NCBI GenBank assembly: GCA_050250895.1
Contig: JBFWNU010000004.1
Coordinates: 494,934 to 558,933, forward strand
DNA length: 64,000 nucleotides
DNA from: Vulcanimicrobiota bacterium
GTDB lineage: Bacteria > Vulcanimicrobiota > Xenobia > Xenobiales > JADMJV01
Direction: 5' to 3'
Positions 59,417 to 64,000 of this stretch are shown piece by piece. The notes beneath the pieces were generated by a model. The model ran no database searches. It saw only the letters and a list, made by a program, of their open reading frames with translations, and was not told the origin of the DNA. Both the position numbers and the translations under genes were made by a program. Numbering within the stretch: the first letter of the stretch is position 1; every line of letters begins with the position of its first letter.

Positions 59417-60451
59417 TCAGCGTCCTACTCTGACCGTCCCGGCTCGAATCCAGACAACGACGCGCCAGCCCTTGGCGACTTCGATCTGCTCCGGCTCGCG
59501 CGACCAGTTCGGCTCGAGTTCGATGGGAAAGCACAAAGTATAACTGTCTGCCTGGGACTGGACCTCCCACTCGAAGTCATCCGAGCCTTCGAACAACCAC
59601 TCCGCTTCGGCCAGGTCGCCGGGAATGCAGTCGGGATAGACGGCCCAACCACCCTGCCTGAGATCACACGTATCTTCGACTGCTCCGTGGCTGCGATAGA
59701 GCAGCGACTTCAGCAGCTTTGCCTGGTGCACGCCCGGATAGGTCAAAGCGAAAACACCGGGATATTTCACCCTGGCTACAAGCCGATAGCGACCGTGCCA
59801 GGCGCCATCCTGGTAGAGGACCTGACGAAACTCGCGCAGGACCACATCATGCTCTTTTGAGGCGTCGCAGACGTCGTGAAAGCCGATTTGGGACGTGAAC
59901 ACCGGTCGAACCGGAGAGGTCTGCCAGGGCGGCGGCAAGGCTCGCGGCGGAGCCAGGTCGTCGAGGGGACTGCAGAGTCCCTGACAGCGACGAACCTCGT
60001 CCCGCAGGGCTATCCGGCCAGGGTCGCGGCGCAAGGCTTGACGGAAAGCGCGTTCGGCCCGGAGGGAGTCCCCCAGGGCGAGCCAAACCTGGGCCAGGCA
60101 CTCGGCCGGCCGGGATGAGCGTGGCGCGTATCGACAAGCCTTACGGTAGTAATAGACTGCGCGCTCCCATCGGCCCAGGCGCCGGCAAACATCGCCCAGA
60201 CGTTGGTAGTCCCAGCCCCAGCCATTGGGATAGACCCTGGCCAGGCGCTCCATCAATTCGCGGGCTGCGTCAAGTTGATCGGCTTCGAGCTGAGCCGGTT
60301 CGAGCGGTTGGCAGAGCGGGTCGACCAATTGGAGGCAACGCTCCAGCACCCAAGGATGGTCTGGATATTTAGCCCGAAGCGGCTCAAGTCGGATCAGGGT
60401 CTGCTCGACGACGCGCTGGAGTGCCTGGCCGCGACGGTCTCTAGAACCCAT
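59417..60451 (-). CDS. TPR-containing hypothetical protein
   Basis: YQRLGDVCRRLGRWERAVYYYRKA and LAQVWLALGD..AFRQAL repeats. Confidence 0.65.
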   Translation of the reverse strand: MGSRDRRGQALQRVVEQTLIRLEPLRAKYPDHPWVLERCLQLVDPLCQPLEPAQLEADQLDAARELMERLARVYPNGWGWDYQRLGDVCRRLGRWERAVYYYRKACRYAPRSSRPAECLAQVWLALGDSLRAERAFRQALRRDPGRIALRDEVRRCQGLCSPLDDLAPPRALPPPWQTSPVRPVFTSQIGFHDVCDASKEHDVVLREFRQVLYQDGAWHGRYRLVARVKYPGVFALTYPGVHQAKLLKSLLYRSHGAVEDTCDLRQGGWAVYPDCIPGDLAEAEWLFEGSDDFEWEVQSQADSYTLCFPIELEPNWSREPEQIEVAKGWRVVVWIRAGTVRVGR

Positions 60452-60541
60452 CGGAAAAAGCTGGCGGCTGGTGCCCGAATGTCCGGGGTGAAAGAAGGCC
60501 CCTTTGAGAAAGCTCTCCTCCTCCTCTCCAGCGAGTCGCTT

Positions 60542-61540
60542 TCAGTGCTTTTCGTCTGGGCTACGCAATTCCACACAAGCCACCATCAAGCGGGCCAACA
60601 GCCTTGAGTCAGAATAGCGACTCACCAACTCCTCGAGCTGCTGCCGGGCCTGTTCACGAGCACCAAGTCGCGACAGATAGTCTGCTTTCAGCAGAGCGAA
60701 ATCTGGCGCCGCTGGGTCTAGCTCTTCCAACGGCCAGAGCCCGGACGCCTCCTCCCCCACAGCGGCGAGGCCCGCCAAAGCTGGCCAACCCGGTCGACAA
60801 GAGCGCACCGGCCTCGAAACCCACCGCAAGCGGAAATTCGCGGCCGCATACTGCTGCCGGGTGGCGCGCACCACCACCTGGTTGGGCCCACCTTCGAGCC
60901 AGACCCTAGCCCGAAAAGGAAAGCCGGCCCAGCGCCAATTGGCTCTACGAGCGCACCCAAGGACCCATTGACCGTTGACCCAGACATCCGCTTTCCCCTG
61001 ACCGGGATCGCATTCCAGTTCGCACCAGGTCGCCTGTGTCACCTCGGCCTCGGTGGCCGCCAACCACCAGCTCTCTTGGTCAGCCCAGCCAAGCTGTTCC
61101 AGGTCGCAGGCGTGGGGCTCGGCTGCCGGCTGAAGGGCAAACCAATCGCGTTTGCGGACGCGAGCTAGCTCACTGCCAACTTTCACTGGACCAAGCGCCC
61201 GCCAGAGCATCCCCGACCCCTTCGAACGGGGAGGCGCGGGAACGTCGCTGGCAAACGAGGCTAGACCCGGGGGGGCACCCACTCCACTCAGATGCTCGAC
61301 CAACCAGACCTGCGCCGGTAGCTCATCGCACGCTTCGTGCAGGATCGGCAGCAACACAGCCGGTGTCTGCAGAGGGTAACGCTGCACCAGGCGACCCCAG
61401 CTAGCCTCGAGCGCAGGCCAATCCCCCAGGGCCCAGGCTATCCAGCCCAGGGCCCGCAGTCCCCAGGGGGAAGTCGTCACCGCAAAAGCCTGTCTGGCAT
61501 CGTCCCATCGATTCTCGTAGACAAGCTCCCACTCCGACAC
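60542..61540 (-). CDS. Hypothetical protein (TPR-like ends, jelly-roll-like middle)
   Basis: VWVNG..LEGGPNQVVVR beta-sandwich motif. Confidence 0.55.
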   Translation of the reverse strand: MSEWELVYENRWDDARQAFAVTTSPWGLRALGWIAWALGDWPALEASWGRLVQRYPLQTPAVLLPILHEACDELPAQVWLVEHLSGVGAPPGLASFASDVPAPPRSKGSGMLWRALGPVKVGSELARVRKRDWFALQPAAEPHACDLEQLGWADQESWWLAATEAEVTQATWCELECDPGQGKADVWVNGQWVLGCARRANWRWAGFPFRARVWLEGGPNQVVVRATRQQYAAANFRLRWVSRPVRSCRPGWPALAGLAAVGEEASGLWPLEELDPAAPDFALLKADYLSRLGAREQARQQLEELVSRYSDSRLLARLMVACVELRSPDEKH

Positions 61541-61586
61541 ACCATAGAATTCAGCGTCCCGGCTCGAAGAGCCTGGCGAGGTGCGC

Positions 61587-62072
61587 TCAGTCCTCGGGCA
61601 TCTCTGCTGGACAGACGAAGCGAAGCCTCACATACCGAGTCAAAGCCTGGCGATGATACCACCAGTCGGAATCGGTGGCGTTCAGAATGGTCGGGTCGCA
61701 ACTACTGGCGCGCGCGGCGGCCACGAACTTGCGGTCTCCCAGGTCGAATTGCCCAAGCTCCGGGTCATCAGGAAATTCAGTGTAGGAATCGCCCTGCGGG
61801 TGGATCTCGACCTGCTCGGCCCTTTGGGGGTCCCATTGCGTAGCCAGCAGATGGCTCAGAAACTCCTTACCGACGCCAGGTTGACCGCGGCGGTCTGGCA
61901 ACCTGGCTAAGTATTCCTTGATGATGGACCCCGAACGGTCCAGAGTGATCCGGCCCCGCCTGACCATCTGAAGAGCTTCCACACAAGACCGAACGCAGAC
62001 CAACTCAACTCCATCCGAGTCGCCGTTGGCCACGACCAAAACGTTGGCATCGACCACGAACGACTCCATCAA
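61587..62072 (-). CDS. PIN-like domain protein coupled to AAA ATPase
   Basis: FVVDANVL, FDLGDRKFVAAA, NATDSDW acidic motifs; overlaps ATPase stop. Confidence 0.7.
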   Translation of the reverse strand: MMESFVVDANVLVVANGDSDGVELVCVRSCVEALQMVRRGRITLDRSGSIIKEYLARLPDRRGQPGVGKEFLSHLLATQWDPQRAEQVEIHPQGDSYTEFPDDPELGQFDLGDRKFVAAARASSCDPTILNATDSDWWYHRQALTRYVRLRFVCPAEMPED

Positions 62073-63421
62073 AGGCCTCGACGGTCCAAAACCGCTTTTG
62101 TTTGTGCCGCGCGATCCGTGAAGGTGTCACCGAAGAAGTTCTCGGGCCAGTTCTGGATGTTGCCATACTGGTCGAGGCGCAGGGCTTCATGCGTCGACTC
62201 TCCGTCGGATCCGAGCTTGCAAAAATGAAGAGCGACGTGGCCCTCGGGAATGTCCTCGTTCTCTGCGAGGCGACGCTGCAACCGCGTCAGCAGGTGTTCA
62301 CTGTGGCTTTCGATGATTAGTTGTATACCACGGGTTCTAGTTACCTCCAAGAAGAGATCAGCCAGCCCGGACGCAACCGATGGGTGGAGATGGATCTCGG
62401 GCTGCTCGAGCAGTACAATGGAGCCTTCCGGCACGAAGTAGCAAAGAACGATGACGGGGAGTAACTGAGAGACCCCAAATCCCACGTCAGGAAGTAGCAC
62501 CTTCTCTGCCTGGGGTCGGGACTGGACCAGAACCTCGTAGAGATTGGTGCCCGCTTTCACCTCTTCGACTGCAAAATCGTGGACTAATCCCCATTCTTTG
62601 AGCCACCGCGCCACCCTCTGCTCCAGCGACTCGGCTTTCTTTCCTCGACCCGGGCCACGGCTGAAAGTCAATCCACGTTTTCGGGCAGAGAGAATGGCCT
62701 CAACCGTCTTTTCACCTCGATAGCCGACATCTTCAACTCCGCTCCCGGTCCACTCGTAGAGTCGCTGAGGATAGCCCCGAAGGGGTCCCAGGTAGTAAAG
62801 CCTTTCGAACAACTTTTCAAACTCGAGTTCCAGGTCGGCCAAGAAACCGACATTCTGATAGTAAGCGCGCACCTGATCCGGAAAGCCGTAAAACTTGTCA
62901 GGCGGAGGTAGGGGCGGGCGCTTTCCGACGGAACGTTTGAGATCGAAATCCGCTGAGAACTGGTAGCCCTCGGAACTCCGTCGATAGGAGAAGTTCTGGC
63001 CGGCTAGCTGATACTGCATCTCCTCCACCGCAATGGTCCCATTGCCGTCGCCCGGGTCGAGCTCAACGCAGAAATTCATAACCTTGGTTTCCATCAACAC
63101 CTGGTCTGGAGCCACGGGATTTGGGATGGTCAAGGTGTCGGGAAGTCCCCATCCGAGACCGAGGCGTAGGGCGCCGGGCGCGGCTCCGCGGCGAACAAAG
63201 GCCTGCACGGAACCGAACTGGACCGGATCGCTCTTGCCACCGACGTTGAACACCGCCCTACGGTCAGCAGAGGCAGTCGTTTGCTTCATCAGAAGCAAGC
63301 TCTGAATGATGCTAGACTTTCCTGAACTGTTGGTTCCAAAGAGGCCTGTGAGGGGGGCCAGCGTCAGGGCGTCCAGCGAGCGCCAGCCTTTGAAGTTCTC
63401 CAGACTGAGATGGTGGATCAC
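62069..63421 (-). CDS. ABC/AAA_21-type ATPase with DUF3696-like C-terminus
   Basis: ENFKG, GTNSSGKS, VGFGVSQ, LEQPEIHLHP, ESHSEH, NWPENFFG. Confidence 0.88.
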   Translation of the reverse strand: MIHHLSLENFKGWRSLDALTLAPLTGLFGTNSSGKSSIIQSLLLMKQTTASADRRAVFNVGGKSDPVQFGSVQAFVRRGAAPGALRLGLGWGLPDTLTIPNPVAPDQVLMETKVMNFCVELDPGDGNGTIAVEEMQYQLAGQNFSYRRSSEGYQFSADFDLKRSVGKRPPLPPPDKFYGFPDQVRAYYQNVGFLADLELEFEKLFERLYYLGPLRGYPQRLYEWTGSGVEDVGYRGEKTVEAILSARKRGLTFSRGPGRGKKAESLEQRVARWLKEWGLVHDFAVEEVKAGTNLYEVLVQSRPQAEKVLLPDVGFGVSQLLPVIVLCYFVPEGSIVLLEQPEIHLHPSVASGLADLFLEVTRTRGIQLIIESHSEHLLTRLQRRLAENEDIPEGHVALHFCKLGSDGESTHEALRLDQYGNIQNWPENFFGDTFTDRAAQTKAVLDRRGL

Positions 63422-63486
63422 GCCCTATTCTTCCCTGTCTCGCTTGCTCGGCCTGCCACTACCATCTACCGTCTGGCCTCTACCGT

Positions 63487-64000
63487 CTAATCGATGGACA
63501 GCAAAGCTCGCTGGTGGGCCTCGAGGATGGCGATGGAGGGCTCCATGCCCAGTTCGTTGGCCAGGCGCTTCTTGCAGATCTCGTACTGGCGCACGGCCTG
63601 CTCGGGGCGGCCCAGGCCAAGATAGGCGTGCATGCAGGCCAGGTGGGCCTCTTGACAGCAGGGGTCGAGTTCGAGCACCTGATGGCTGTATTCGAGGGCC
63701 TCTTGATGATGGCCCAGCTGCAGGGTGCCCTGGGCCAGCTTGCGCAGAGCCTCGGTCACCTGGCGTTCGACCTGGTTGCGAATGTTGACGGCCCACTCCA
63801 TGTAGCAGCCCTCGAGATAGGGGCCGCGGTAGAGGCGGGCGATCTGGCGTCCGGCGTCGAGCATCTTGGGCACGTCGCCCGCCTTCTCGTGGGCGAGACT
63901 GGCTTCGAGCTGGCGATTGAGCTCATCGAGGTCGTGCCAGCGAGGCAGGTCGGGATTGAGGCCCATGCCGCTGGTGCTGCGGGCCATCGGGTCCATCTTG
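63487..64000 (-). CDS. BTAD (SARP-family) domain protein, 5' end outside window
   Basis: LYRGPYLEG..EW, LELDPCCQEAH, LANELGMEPS. Confidence 0.85.
   Translation of the reverse strand, partial: KMDPMARSTSGMGLNPDLPRWHDLDELNRQLEASLAHEKAGDVPKMLDAGRQIARLYRGPYLEGCYMEWAVNIRNQVERQVTEALRKLAQGTLQLGHHQEALEYSHQVLELDPCCQEAHLACMHAYLGLGRPEQAVRQYEICKKRLANELGMEPSIAILEAHQRALLSID

Overview
High-GC bacterial chromosomal window. The protein families (DUF222/HNH-like, GHKL-like hypotheticals, many hybrid kinases) are reminiscent of Ca. Eremiobacterota; this is an inference, not a database result. Core genes include pduO-type adenosyltransferase, hrpB, bolA, a YadGH-like ABC transporter, clcA, two glgC paralogs and pcrA/uvrD. 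Highlights: (1) an ~6.7 kb minus-strand island (18.7-25.4 kb) built from repeated, microhomology-eroded modules: Rhs core/HExxH toxin plus immunity, tyrosine-recombinase remnants, HNH genes, DUF433/DUF5615 and ParDE-like TA pairs, and a thrice-repeated non-coding element; (2) a PqqD/RRE domain fused to a Tat-like leader and a 22-Cys core; (3) a translationally coupled operon that interleaves T2SS/T4P pilins, ATPase, platform and PilM with two-component and PP2C genes, convergent on a kinase with an intact ETR1-type ethylene-binding motif; (4) a ~1 kb hierarchical hairpin repeat array; (5) at least nine genes with a -10 box 6-7 nt before the start codon, suggesting leaderless mRNAs; (6) several putative secreted effector or toxin proteins, and an AAA-DUF3696 plus PIN-like candidate defence pair. 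No rRNA, tRNA or CRISPR array was recognised.
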